Made by a program: the position numbers and the translations under genes. A stretch of DNA of 64,000 bases, from assembly GCF_009914755.1 (NCBI RefSeq), contig NC_060928.1. One strand, written 5' to 3'. Source of the stretch: the human T2T-CHM13v2.0 reference genome, Homo sapiens. The notes under the pieces are model-generated. The model had not been told where the DNA came from. It did not search any database and worked only from the letters and a program-made list of their open reading frames with translations. Of this stretch, positions 17,935 through 30,692 are shown piece after piece (positions within the stretch are counted from its first letter, which is position 1; every line of letters starts with the position of its first letter).

Positions 17935-18689
17935 TCCTAGAGAGAAAAGGAGAAAAATTTACTTGCTTTTCCTTCTTGTCTCTCCTCTCTCACTGGCCAA
18001 AGTTCACCCAATGAGGCATTATACTTTTGGACTTTGTTACCTGCCCCTCCAGGAAATCGCTTAGGAAACAGATCGCGCATACCACAGTGTAGGGCATCAT
18101 TTAAGCTTGGAAATGTTGGAGGAATTATAGATTTATATGTCAGTTCAGTTTGGACCTGGTCCCAAGCGCCAGTGTTGCTGCCACTGCAGTAGCAGAGACT
18201 GAGATGCTGATGGTGTGAGGACCAGGGACAATGGTGATGGCTCAGGTTGTCCACTAGAACAAGCAGCCACGGGCTGGGGACTGGGACCCTGGTGGGGCTG
18301 ATCCCATCTGGCGAACTGCTTAATCTGGGTTTGGTAATGCAACCCATTCAAATATGGACTAAAATGCTCTACAAAGGAAATACAAGTGAGAAGAGCAGAT
18401 TGAAACATATCTGACCTGTCCTTTGCTTGAAAAGTTGTTAAATTACCACCACTCTAAGATCGTGAAGAACATTCTCTGGAATGTTGCTAAAGGCATTTTC
18501 CTCATTTCTTAATGACTGAGCATTAAATTGGTACTGAGAAAATTGGGATATAAGCAACATTTAGGGATAAGACCCAAAAAGTCATAGCTGTTCTCCCCAG
18601 GTGCCCCTTTGGGCTGCTATAATCAGCAGAATAGTTAGTTGGTGAGATGGCCACAGGAGATCTGGCCCTATGAGTCACACAACAGTAGG

Positions 18690-19295
18690 CCAAACCTAGG
18701 GCACTGGAGTCAGAGAGTGTATTAGTCTGTTTTCACATTGCTGATAAAGACATACCCAAGACAGCGTAATTTATAAACAAAAAGAGTTTTAATGGACTCA
18801 CAGTTCCACATGGCTGGGGAGGCCTCACAATCATGGTAGAAGGCAAAAGGCATGTCCTACATGGAGGCAGACAAGAGAGAATGAAAGCCAAGTGAAAGGG
18901 GTTTTCCCTTATAAAACCATCAGATCTCATGAGACTTATTCACTACCATGAGAACAGTATGGGGGAACCGCCCCTGTGATTCAATTATCTCCCACTGGGA
19001 GATAATTATCTCCCGTCCCTTCCACAACACATGGGAAATATGAGAGCTACAGTTCAAGATGAAGTTTGGGTAGGGATACAGCCAAACCATGTCAGAGAGC
19101 ATGGATTCAAATCTTGGTTTCAGCTCAAGGAGTAGAGTGACTCACGTCAAGCTACTTAATCCCCCTCTCAGTCCATTTCCTTCTTTATAAAGTACAACAG
19201 TACCGATTTCTGTGAGGATTAAATGGAGTAGTATGTAAACTGACAAACAGACTGCCTGGCACACATCAGCATTTAATAAATTGTAACTATTAGCT
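18690..19295 (+). mobile_element. MIR split by the THE1 LTR
   Basis: gcactggagtcaga before the LTR; ggattcaaatcttgg...gtgaggattaaatg...tgcctggcacaca after it. Confidence 0.75.
18718..19094 (-). mobile_element. THE1 (THE1B/C) MaLR solo LTR inserted in a MIR
   Basis: tgtattagtctgttttcacattgctgataaagac...gccaaaccatgtca, with a 5-bp TSD gagag at 18713-18717 and 19095-19099. Confidence 0.95.
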
Positions 19296-19399
19296 ATTTT
19301 TTGTGTATCCCTAGAGAGGTAGCTTCCTCTGGGTGACACAGTTGGTTTCTATTGCCATCTTTACCATGTACTATTGTCAACATGCATGGGTGGCTTTAT

Positions 19400-19552
19400 C
19401 TGTATGAACCTCAGTTTTTCCATCTGTCAAATGAGCATATTTTATGCCCACCTGTAGGGTTTCGTTTGGAGTATAAATGATTTAATATGTATATGAAGTA
19501 CCTAGTACAGTGTTTGAAATGTAGGAGTTAACTCAATAGTAGCTACTGTTAT
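19400..19552 (+). mobile_element. MIR fragment
   Basis: cctcagtttttccatctgtcaaatg core. Confidence 0.7.
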
Positions 19553-19879
19553 TACAATTTTAATTCATAATTCATCTCATATAGAAGCATAGTCTAACAA
19601 ATAAAATCAACCACTGTGTGGTGTCTGTCTTTCCTCAGTAGCCTCTTTCTAGACAGATATAGAGGTGGATAGTGAGCAAAATGGCTAAGTATGTGAATGT
19701 ATTACTTTTTTATTTCAATCTTAGAGTTGTCTGTTAATATCAGTACTGTCATGAGCATTGTACAGTGGGCTAAACTGACCAGTTCGAACAACACAGACTC
19801 TGACCTCTAGTAGCTGTCACGTGACGATGTGATAGTGGGAAGCAGAATGAAAGCTCTGCTTTTTTGATCACCAACTATC

Positions 19880-20220
19880 TCTCAAATACTCTACTGGTTT
19901 GCTTTACATATAGTTAATCACCACAACAATCCTAAGGGTAAACACTATTCTTGTCATTTCCAGTTTACTGATGCTTGGAGAGTTTATGTAACTGAGATCC
20001 TGGTTGTTCTGGTGCCAAAGCCCCTGCCATTTAACTGCTGCACGCTGAGCCCCTGAATGGGAATAGAAGTCGCAACATATCCAGTTCGATCTGGGCCACA
20101 ATCTCAGCTGGTGAGCTGAGAATATCATACCGATTTCCACGCCTCAGTTTCCTCATCTCTAAAATGAGGCATTGTATTATCTAGACTTTCAGTTCACTCT
20201 AAGTCTATAGTTCTGTATGC
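19880..20220. mobile_element. Two oppositely oriented MIR/MIR3 fragments
   Basis: Minus-strand core near 19900-20040; plus-strand gcctcagtttcctcatctctaaaatgagg at about 20141-20170. Confidence 0.6.
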
Positions 20221-20389
20221 ATTGATTAGAAGAAATGAACATAATGATAATGAGAAGTGCATGTGTGACTGGGAAGGGGTGGGAATCTGATATCGTTGGA
20301 GAGAGGAAATAGGGAAGGTACATGCCCTTGCTTCTTATCCTTGCCCCTGTAGCTTGAGGCATGTATGCCTTCAGTGGGCAGACATGCTG

Positions 20390-20940
20390 AAGTTCTTAAA
20401 ACATAAGCTAGCTCACATTACTCCAATCCCTTTCCGTCTCAATTCAGGTGAATGGCTCCTCCAATGGCCTATCAGACTTGCCCGATCGCCCCGTCACCCT
20501 TTATCTCACAGACCTTGCCTGCTCTGCCCTTACTCTCTCTGCCCCACCCTGTTGACCTCCTGCTGGTCCTGCAACATACCAGACATACTTCTGCCTCAGA
20601 CCATCACACTTGCTGGTTCTCCCTGCCTGAACAGCCTCAAAGCTGGACCCCTCACCTTCCTGGGGACTTTGATGAAATGGTATTTTCTCCACAAGGCCTT
20701 CCCTGTCCACCTGCTTAAAATCACAAACCCCTTCTTCCCCAGCAATCTGTATATCACCCTTGCTTTGTTGTCTCCATAGCGCTTATCACCATTAAACACA
20801 CTGTAGCTTTTACTTTTATATTTTTATCAATTGCCTGTCTTCCCTCCTATAGAGAGGGAGAAAAATGTTGTCTTTATTGATCACTGCTGAATGTCCCTGC
20901 CTCGAACAATCCTAGCACATGTTAAATGAGTGAATAATCA
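20390..20940 (+). mobile_element. L2 3' end
   Basis: Pyrimidine-rich L2 3' region ending ...cctagcacatgttaaatgagtgaataa. Confidence 0.7.
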
Positions 20941-21435
20941 ACATTTGAAAAATATAGAATAAAGCCAGGTAACCTTGTATATGTACATGTATCACTCATA
21001 GAAATAAACTAAAAGTTCATATTCACTAGTTAACTTTGCAAGATAACATTTACCTCAATTATTATCAGTCTGTAATGTATATCCAAACTTTGAATGAAGG
21101 ATGAAAATGCTCTTTAGAAGAATGCCAAATTAAGAATTATCTGTAGATTTCAGTTTTTCTGCCAACAGTGCTTAAAACTAATTATAATTTATGTGTAAGC
21201 AAATGCTTAAAATTCTGAGTTTACACATTCTGTGGAAGTTCTATATCATAGCTATCAAAATCATTAAAACATCTTCAAAACTAATTAGCATATAATGTAG
21301 ACTTACCAAAAAAAAGTAACTTATTAAAAAATTTTCTACTTAAATTTAATTATAATGATCTTGATTTGTTGCTGAAACCAGTATTGGGAAACTACCTTGT
21401 TACGATTTCTAGTGGAACCCCTGGCTATTTTAACC

Positions 21436-21595
21436 AGTGCTTCGCAAACTTTAATACGCATGTCAATTACCTCAGTTCTTGTTAAAATGCAGACTACGAT
21501 TCAGTAGGTCTGGGGTAGTGCCTAAGTTTCTCCATGCCAAAGAGTCAGACAGGTGATACAGATGCTGGTATTCAGACCATCTGAAGTGAAGTGGA
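21436..21595. mobile_element. MER5A/B (hAT-Charlie)
   Basis: cagtgcttcgcaaacttt...cttgttaaaatgcagact..gattcagtaggtctggggt...aggtgatacagatgctg. Confidence 0.8.
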
Positions 21596-21626
21596 GCCAA
21601 ATTCCTAGTACATCTTCCATCTCTTA

Positions 21627-21628
<2 letters not shown>

Positions 21629-21668
<40 letters not shown>
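21629..21668. repeat. (CA)~20 microsatellite at an Alu tail
   Basis: Directly visible. Confidence 0.97.
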
Positions 21669-21669
<1 letters not shown>

Positions 21670-21671
<2 letters not shown>

Positions 21672-21933
21672 TTTTAGAGACGGGGTCTTGCTCTGTTGCC
21701 CAGGCTGGAGTGCAGTGGCACAGTCATAGCTCACTCTAGCCTCAAACTCCTGGGCTCAAGTGGTCCTCTCACCTCAGCCTTCCCAGTAGCTGGAAATACA
21801 GGCATGCCCACTATGCCTAGCTAATTTTTTTTTTAGAGATGAGGGTCTTGCTATGTTGCCCAGGCTGAAGCGATCCTCCCAGCTCCATCCCCCGAAATGC
21901 TAGAATTACAGGTGTGAGCCCCCACACCCAGCC
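21670..21933 (-). mobile_element. AluJ with a small deletion removing the B box
   Basis: Dimeric Alu. The join caggctg|aagcgatcc at 21867/21868 lacks the roughly 19-nt gtctcgaactcctgggctc. Confidence 0.9.
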
Positions 21934-22294
21934 CCTTCTCCTAATATTACCATTGTGGCATCAAATGAAACCAAAATAAGGGAGACATTTTTTGCAGGAG
22001 AAGCTTCATTGATACATTGACCAGCTGATATCATTTAGTGCTGAAAGGAAATGAAAAGGGAAGCTTGCTATTACAGACATCACATCAACTGGAGAAATAA
22101 GTGCAGGAGGACTGATTCACAGAATTCCCCTTATAACATCTGATGTTTAAAGAGATATAATAAGACATCCTGACTCTTCTGCAGGAGTAGAACTTGTTTC
22201 AGCCATATCCTAGCCTCAAACAGGGCTTTAATATTTCTAACTGTAATTACTTTATTTTCTAATAAAACAGCAGAGATGGGAAAAGAACTGAATC

Positions 22295-22467
22295 CTTTTT
22301 TTTTTGTTTTTTGAGAGATAGTGTCTTGCTCTGTTGCTCAGGATGGACTGATGGTGGCGGGGTGATCATAGCTTGCTGCAGCCTCAAACTCCTTGGTTCA
22401 AGCAATCCACCTGCCTCAGCCTCCTGAGTAGCTGAGACTATAGGGGCACACACCACTATGCCCGGCT
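22295..22467 (-). mobile_element. Alu right monomer (FRAM-like)
   Basis: Single monomer with a T-run. Imperfect TSD aaagaactgaat / aaaggactgaat. Confidence 0.85.
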
Positions 22468-23289
22468 AAAGGACTGAATAATGCTAAAACATGCAAGGAC
22501 ATTGATTGAGGGTGGGGGGCAACCACAGCTTTATTTTTTAATGCAACAAGCTTAGGAATTACACAGAAAATAATGAAAGCTTGCCTCTTTTTGCCATTGC
22601 ACTCATTCAGTATGGGTCATAAAAACTTGGGGAAGAAGGTATATATCAAGTGGCTTTACACACATAAGGCTCAGTTTTATAGGTGGAGTGTAGCTCATGG
22701 GTGGAGTGATCCATATTGTGGCAGTAATTAAACATCATTGGTCTCCTCCCTGGAAGGAGTTCCATTTGTTTGAAGTGGGCAACCAAAACTTCTTTGGTAG
22801 TGGTTAGTGACAGCACCCAGAAACCTATTCCCAACTTGACTCTTGATTGATAGGAAAATATGGGAGGAGAACCATGTAAGATTTGTTTTTCTATGTCTGG
22901 AAAGCTCCATTGTTGAAGGAAATAATCCAAATATGTCTTCATGCTAAGTTGACTAATAGAGCTTTTTTCCACAGGGATCACTTTGATCAAATTACTTTGT
23001 GTTTTGTCTTCTGGTCTGGTACATGCTTTTGAATCAAAAGCATGTGTCAGACTAAACCACTGCAGTCAGGAAACAGGTAAAGTATTACTTTCCTAGCTGC
23101 TTCTAGGTTGGATGGCAGCAAAATCATCCTGAGTTATTCTCTTAACTGAATTGTGCAGTCTTACATTCCTCCCTTTTCCGTGTCCAGAAAAAGAAGGGTA
23201 ATGGTCTCTGTTTTCCTATGTAACCAGGATCACATTCAACAACAGCTTAGGAACTTCTTTTGAGAGTAGAATAACCTCAAACTTCATCC

Positions 23290-23402
23290 TTCTTGTCTTT
23301 CTTTCTTTCTTTTTTCTTTCTTTCTTTTTTTCTTTCTTTCTTTCTCTTTCTTTCTTTCTTCCTTCCTTCTTTCCTTCCTTCCTTCCTTCCTTTCTTTCTT
23401 TC

Positions 23403-23473
<71 letters not shown>

Positions 23474-23571
23474 CCTTCCTTCCTTCCTTCCTCTCTCTCT
23501 CCCATTCTTTCTTTCTTTTCTTTCTGTTTTAGTTTCTTTCTTTTTCTTTTCTTTCTTTTCTTTCCTTTTTT
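23290..23571. repeat. Compound (CTTT)n/(CCTT)n polypyrimidine tract (expanded Alu tail)
   Basis: About 280 bp almost purely C/T, with a long perfect CTTT run at about 23404-23472. Confidence 0.97.
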
Positions 23572-23776
<205 letters not shown>

Positions 23777-24254
23777 AAATGACCTTACTCTTTCTCACTT
23801 CTGCAGTCATAAAACCAACCCCTTCATTTAAAGGATACTTATGATCGTACATTTATATGCTCCTTTAAGCAACATCATGAAGTTGAGACCGATTAGTTCC
23901 TCCTTATCTTCACAGACAAAATTGGCCACATGATAAATATTATATCTTTTCCTCAGAAGAGCCAGTCCTGGATCAATGTTAAACATTCCACAATTTGGTC
24001 TATTTCTTCAAGCAGTCTTGTTTTATTAGGGTTATAACAAGCCAAATATTGCCTTTGCTCATCTCCGTTTTCTCCTGTGTACAAAGGTTTTCTATTTGTT
24101 AGGATTTCTTGAATTGCAGAGAGCCAGGATTGGAGGAGAATATATGATTTTTGAAAGACTAAACAATGTTACTACTTTCTTATAGAATTTTTCTTCCACA
24201 TTTGGTCACATAATAAAAATAATAGGTAATACTTATGTCACACTCATGATGTGT

Positions 24255-24455
24255 CAACATTGAAAGGATTTTCCCTTTGTTAATGCATTTAAACTTTAAA
24301 GCCTCTCTGTAAGGGAGATACTGTTTTTCTGCTTTCCACACTGGGAAGCCGAGGCACAGAGTAGTTAAATAACTGGTCAAGGACCATGCAGTAGTAAGTG
24401 CCAGAGCTAGGATTTAAACCAGGCAACCCAGCACCCTAATCCATGCTCTTAACCT
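24255..24455 (-). mobile_element. MIR
   Basis: gggaagccgaggcacagagtagttaaataactggtcaagg...agtaagtgccagagctaggatttaaacc. Confidence 0.8.
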
Positions 24456-25392
24456 CTGAGGCATAATTTTTGTCACCAACTAAAGCAGACCTATGCCCTA
24501 TAACTTCCAGTTCCTACTAAATTGCTTTTTTCTTTCTTAAATCCTATTTGGGGGTATAAGTTCTATGATTGAGTGGTAAGTAAGTGATCTTTCAGATTCA
24601 CCAACTGCCTTCTCTCTTTGATAAGATTAGACTCTGTTGTTTATATTGCTTCAGAGTTTCTCCCCCTAATTCTCAATATTTTTTGTCTCAGTGAAAATGA
24701 TTCTGTTTCTCACTTGCTAACAGGTTTCATGATCATGTAAATGAAAAATACAATAATTATAAAGAGAACTGTGGAAACTGTATTCAGGTCTGTTTTAGCA
24801 TTTGAAACAGTCAAAATACAAAAATGAGTAATGTGGATTAAAGGAGCTAGCTTTACATGTCTTAGGAGGTAATTTGCAAATCAGAAATCTTATTTCCGTT
24901 TTATAGGCAGGCAGTGGGCATGCACGCCACGCACAACACAGGAATATGTTTGCTTAATGACTTACCAGATCTAGCACCAGTTCTGGTTTATGAGCATGGC
25001 CCTGACTGTTGCCATGTAGATGATGGATTGTAATAAATGTGTTCAAGGACGTTAGATCACATCTGCAAAGAGATTCAGAGAATATCTACCATATAGCGTG
25101 GAAGAATGTTGCAAACATTTCTTATTAAGAAAAGGCTATTTTTTTGTGTGTGGAGGTCTCACTTCATCTTTCTGTCCTTTATTCTTTAACTATGAAAACT
25201 ATACAGTAAATTCTTTTGTCATTAAATCAACTTTCAAATCTACTAAAATATATCTTAGGATATAAGTTGTTACCATTAGATGACAGCTTTGTTTGAATTC
25301 ACTTCATAGCCTTGACTTTCTTTGAGTTCATTTTTAATCAAAGCAATATATTGAATAAATGTATTATACAAAACAGCAGTTGTTGAATTCTG

Positions 25393-25393
<1 letters not shown>

Positions 25394-25435
<42 letters not shown>
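25394..25435. repeat. (TG)~21 microsatellite
   Basis: Directly visible. Confidence 0.97.
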
Positions 25436-25436
<1 letters not shown>

Positions 25437-28400
25437 TCATACAGCTAGGGACACACTTGCGTTTCAAGGTGGAAACTGGCATTCCAAATTTTAGTCAGAA
25501 TTATTTTTATGGCTTAGTTATAAACCACAAAACCATGGCCTTATAATGTAAATGCTGACATAACCTTTTCTTACGCCCAGCTATAAATCAAGGTGCTATA
25601 AAACTCCATATTTGAAAATAAAGCTAGGTAAAATACTGAGTTAATGTTTGTTGGGAGAAAGAGAAAAGTCAATTTGCTAAAGTCTTTCAGTTTTAGCTTT
25701 GACTAAAATATAGACACTTTTGAGTGTCTCAGTAACAAAATAAAATGTAAACTGGTTAACAAATACAAGTAAAATTAATGTCAAGAATAGTTTTTAAGTA
25801 GAGAAAAAGAAACTTCAATTCGTCATTTACTACTTTTCAACCCAAAAATCAAATCTATGTATGCCATTGGGAATTGCTTCCCTAAGGAATTACATTTCCA
25901 TCACACATGTTTTACTGGAGATTGCAAAGGTACTCAGTTCCTTATTACCAACTGTGGAAGGCTCAAGAGCAAGGGAGTCAAACAGGATAGTATGCCAGCA
26001 GAATTTGCATTGAACACTTGATGTCATGTGTCATCCGACACTGGCTTTTCCATCAGGTCATTTCAGGATAAGGTACTACTGAAAAAGCATAACCACTCTC
26101 AGTAGATGAACTGCTGACAAGTTTCATGGGTTTGGCTGGCATTCCAAAGTTTATTTGAGTTAATCTGCATTCTCATTGGCCTGCAATGCTCAGTGAAAAC
26201 TTCCTTTCAGTGAACACTTTCATTACTTTCTGATTGTACTGGTATCAGAAACACCACAACAAAAAATCTGGAGAGACAGACTTTTATAGGAATAATTGTT
26301 TTAGGGAAGGGAGAGGTATGAAGGGTATCTGTTTATTGTTTTTGTAACACATGGCAACTGCAGGCTGTGGTATTTACCAACGCCAGCCTAACTGGTTTGA
26401 TGATGACATGTTCTGAGGAACCATTTGGAATTTATAGTTTCTGCAGTGGGCTCCAAAGTATTCTCATTAATTGATTAAATAGAAGGTACTAAGGGGTAAA
26501 ATCTATTCTGAAATAGCACTGTGAATCTGCAGAAATTTTAGTTGTGTTTTTAATCTCTGTAGATAATAATTAAGCTGAAAAAGTGGTAGGAAAAAGAGAA
26601 AACACCACATGTCACTGAATCTTAGGACCTTAGGGCTAAAAGAGACATTATAAGTTATATGATAATTCTCAAATTTCCTTTTATTATATCTTACCATTTG
26701 CTATGAAAAAATCTGATTGCTTTCTGGATGATAATGTATATAAAATGCCGTTTATGGTTTGGTTGTGGTTATAGAAAACCCGTGTTCCATTTAGATCACT
26801 CTGTGTGAGTGTGCCACTGTAGTTGTGAAAGTTTGGTTGGAGATATATTTGGGGGTTTGATTATACATACAAAGATTGATAGCTGAGTGGGAAAGGAGGC
26901 ACCACCTTGGGTTAATAGAAATGCATGGGTAAACAGAAATAACTCTATTGTTGGGCTTTGTCAAAAGATCGATTTGAAAACACAGTTTAATCCTGGAAGC
27001 CAGATGAACCCTCTCAAATCCTGAGGATCTCATCCCTGCAATGTGAAAAAGGCCAATCTGCTGCACTTAGCAGTGCTGGGGCAATGAGAAAGACAGCAAA
27101 GAAGGGTTCCCTTTCCACCGGTGGCTGTTCCCAGCCATCTTCAGGGCTTATCCCACTGTTCAGTCTGACTGCCTTTTGTGTCAGGAGGAGAAGGGGAGCG
27201 AGACCCTGAATCTCTGCTACATGAAGCAAAAATTTAAAGAGAACAGTGGGGAACGATTCACTTTGAGTGGGTACAGATAGTGGAAGGAAGCATGACGTAC
27301 CCATGTCTTTCTCAAGATACAGTAACTCGACCCTCTGTTAAAATGTGGCACCAAAGATGCCAGCTTTAGTTCAGAGTGGAATGTATTCCTTCCATAGGGC
27401 AGCGGGAGGGGCTAAAGCTTGGGTAGCTATTTCCTCCTCTATAAGCAGAGGATGGCACTATGGGGAGGGGAGGGAGAAATATCCTTCCCCAACACCATAC
27501 TTCCCTTCTGACAATGGGATCCTTGGCATAGTCTCCATACCAAGTTACTGTCTGGAGCTTGCTTATATACCTCCGTAAAGTGGATGTTACTCCCAGCCAT
27601 CCGTTAAAATTCAACATACAAGTAGGAAGTTCTAATATGGAACCAAATCTGTCCCATCACTTCCACCACATGCTTTGGTATTGTACTTGGAGCAGCAGAG
27701 AACAGGGCTCATCATACCACTGATTTCCAGATATTTGAAAGTTTTCTCTCTCCATACATCCCTCCCCCTAAAAATATGACATCAACTCATGAAATAGAAA
27801 CGCATTCTTGAGAGAGCAATTGGAAGTGTTTTCTGAAAAACAGAGATACTTAAATCAGTTTCCTCTTAGGAGCCCTTCTTCCCATCATCATATTGCACCA
27901 GGGGAAGTTGAGGCTGGAGCCTGTGGGAAAAGTGGCATTGACTGGCAGGGTAGCCCAACAGCAGTGCTATGGGGACTTACAATGCCTCTTCTCTCCTCTC
28001 ACTAGACAGCATTGACGGCTCCTGCCCCTCTGTGTGAATCTCCGTTTGCCTCTGCTCTCCAAAGTGAAATTCTGCACAGTCGGGAGGATTGGTGCAGAGT
28101 TAAGACACGTAGAGCCAAGAAAATAAAGAGTCAGATGTCCCAGCAGCTTTCAGTGCATCCCGATTCTCACCACCCCCAGAGCACCATAAAAGTAGGAGGG
28201 ACCAGATGAAGACATTTAAAAATTGGTTCTGCTCCACAGTGATCTGGTGCGAGCTGGGGCTCAGCTGCCTTGGGGTGACTCCTCTCTGGGGTCGGGACAT
28301 TGAGGTGGCAGCTCCACTTCTCTCTGAGACCCCTTGATGCACCGTAACTTGAGGTAGGAGAATGAAACTTTAAAAAACATATTTAACTTAACATACAATC

Positions 28401-30454
28401 TAATGAAACCAAATACCATAGAAATCCAACAGAAGTGTATATTCATAGTAATGGCCAACTTCTGGTCTTTAGCAGAGATCTGTAACTGAGACAAGTGTGT
28501 GGGTGTTTGTGTCGGCTCCGTGCCATTCATTGGGTCTACAGTGAGATCTGTGTGAGTTAGGAATTCCATGTATCCCATACGTTACAAAGGAGAAAGGAAG
28601 TGTATTTATGTGATGTGTTAAAAAAAAACAAACAAAACAAAATAACCTCCCTCCCGCCATAATGTAAAGGCCCACACTTTTTGAACTGTGTACTGGCTGC
28701 TGGGGAGTGAGTTATATAAACTAGAGAACTTTCTCTGACATGAATCTGAGCTGACATATGCATTGTTGCACGGCCGCTTATGTAACAACCATTTTGGTGG
28801 GGAATTACTGATTGAGTACTTTGCATGACTATGAAAGAAACATTCATAAGAAAGAACAAGTGTAATATGAAATGCAGATAAAGTAAACTTACTTTTCAGC
28901 CACCTGCATATGACTTGGCAAAATGTGAGCCTCTGTAATCACCATGTAGGAATGTAAGATCTTCCAAGTTCTTTCGTAACCTTGGGAATTCATTAAGAGT
29001 ATTGGGGTCTGTCACGGGGTAAGTGTTGAGTGGATGAGGTTGAAAGACGGCAGATAAAGCTTCCTTTATTTCTTTCTTATTACATCACATGAACCTCTGT
29101 GTCCCTAACCACATTAAGAAAAAAAAAAGAAAAAAAGAAAACTCTAAATAATGATTGATAAAATGCCAAACAACTTCAGACCTTTGTTGACATTTGCTCT
29201 CTTGGAATTCCTAATGACTATATGACATATAACACTAAAGTAATGTAACTTTAAAAAAAGCCAAAAAAATACAAAAAAAAATATGCATTACCTCTTTTGA
29301 AGCGGTCATGCTGGAATGCTAGCACTTAACTCAATAATTATTCAAAATCACTTCTATAATCTCTCTGCAAGGGTCTACAGTTCCAGGGATATTACTATGA
29401 GTGGCTTAGGGTGTGCCTTGGCCTTGGCAGTCTGGCACATGCATCTTGTCTAGTACCCCCTTTTATGGGGAAATTTGATCTAAAAAGATCAACTGATGTG
29501 TCCAAAGTCACAGAGAGCTGGGACCAGGGCCAAGATCTGTTTTCCAGGATAGCATTTTTGCCACAGCATCCTTCTGCCTTTTTCCTTCGTGGGTGGACTT
29601 AATTTTTGGAGAGAAAAAAGTGTAAGTTGCTCAAAGCCAAATCCAGTGAATAAAATGGGTGATCAACTCCGTGCAATGTGGCAAACCTTCTCTGGGTACC
29701 AGCTATATACAAAGCATCTTGACAAAGCTGCAGGGGACATGAGAGATTCTGAGGTGCAGGTCGTGACGTTAAATTAACTGCAATCAACAGGTCAAAAAAA
29801 TGAGCTATGCTTACAGTGAAATTCAGAGCAGTTTCCTTGGATTCTTGATTCTGTATTATGTCCATAGACTTGGATTGATAAAACCATGGGAGAAAGCACT
29901 TACTTTAGTTAAGTACCTATTTGCTGTGTCCTTCTTTCGAATTCATGACAGAATTGAAATGAACAAAAGTGTTAGTTCATGAAAAGCATAATGAGTCTTT
30001 AAAATGAAAATGGGACCTAACATTTTAGGTAAGGGTACAATTAGTATTTTCTGTAAACACTGTGTACATATATTTGGGATATATGTGTACTGCCAAGTTG
30101 CTATGTGGATACCTTTGGGGAAATAAAATCAACACATCCAATCTGTGGCCACAGACCTTTAATCAATCCTCTGCTATTCTAGAGTCTTTCAGATATGGTC
30201 AGCTCTTAAACCTGCTGCTTTTTAAAACCCTGAAATAAAAACAATAAATACTTGGTTAATGTAGTTTGTCTGTTTCAATTAATTTATATTATGGTGACAA
30301 AACTAGCCTAGAAATGCAAGGTCATTGTCGCCATCTTTTCCTATTGTTTATGTATAAATAAGATGAGTGTCTTTTTATAGGAATACCTTTCTATTGCTTA
30401 CCATCAATAGAGTTGTGAGTTAGTTTTCTAGTAAGAATGTTCACTTAAGAGATT

Positions 30455-30692
30455 AAGACTTGTTGAACACACATTAGATGTCTGGCACATTTTATAAGTG
30501 GTTAATTATTTCATTTATACATTTAATCCTCATACTAACTCCCTGAGGTAAGTGTTACTGACTCAGTAAGGGAACTGAGGCTCAGAGAGGCTAATATATA
30601 AATTACCCAAGGTCACAGAATGAAAAAGCAGCTGTACTGAGATTTAAACCCAGACCTATGTGTTGCTAATCTATATTCTTTTTACTACATTA
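30455..30692 (-). mobile_element. MIR
   Basis: atttaatcctcat...ggaactgaggctcagagagg...cccaaggtcacag...gatttaaacccag. Confidence 0.82.
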
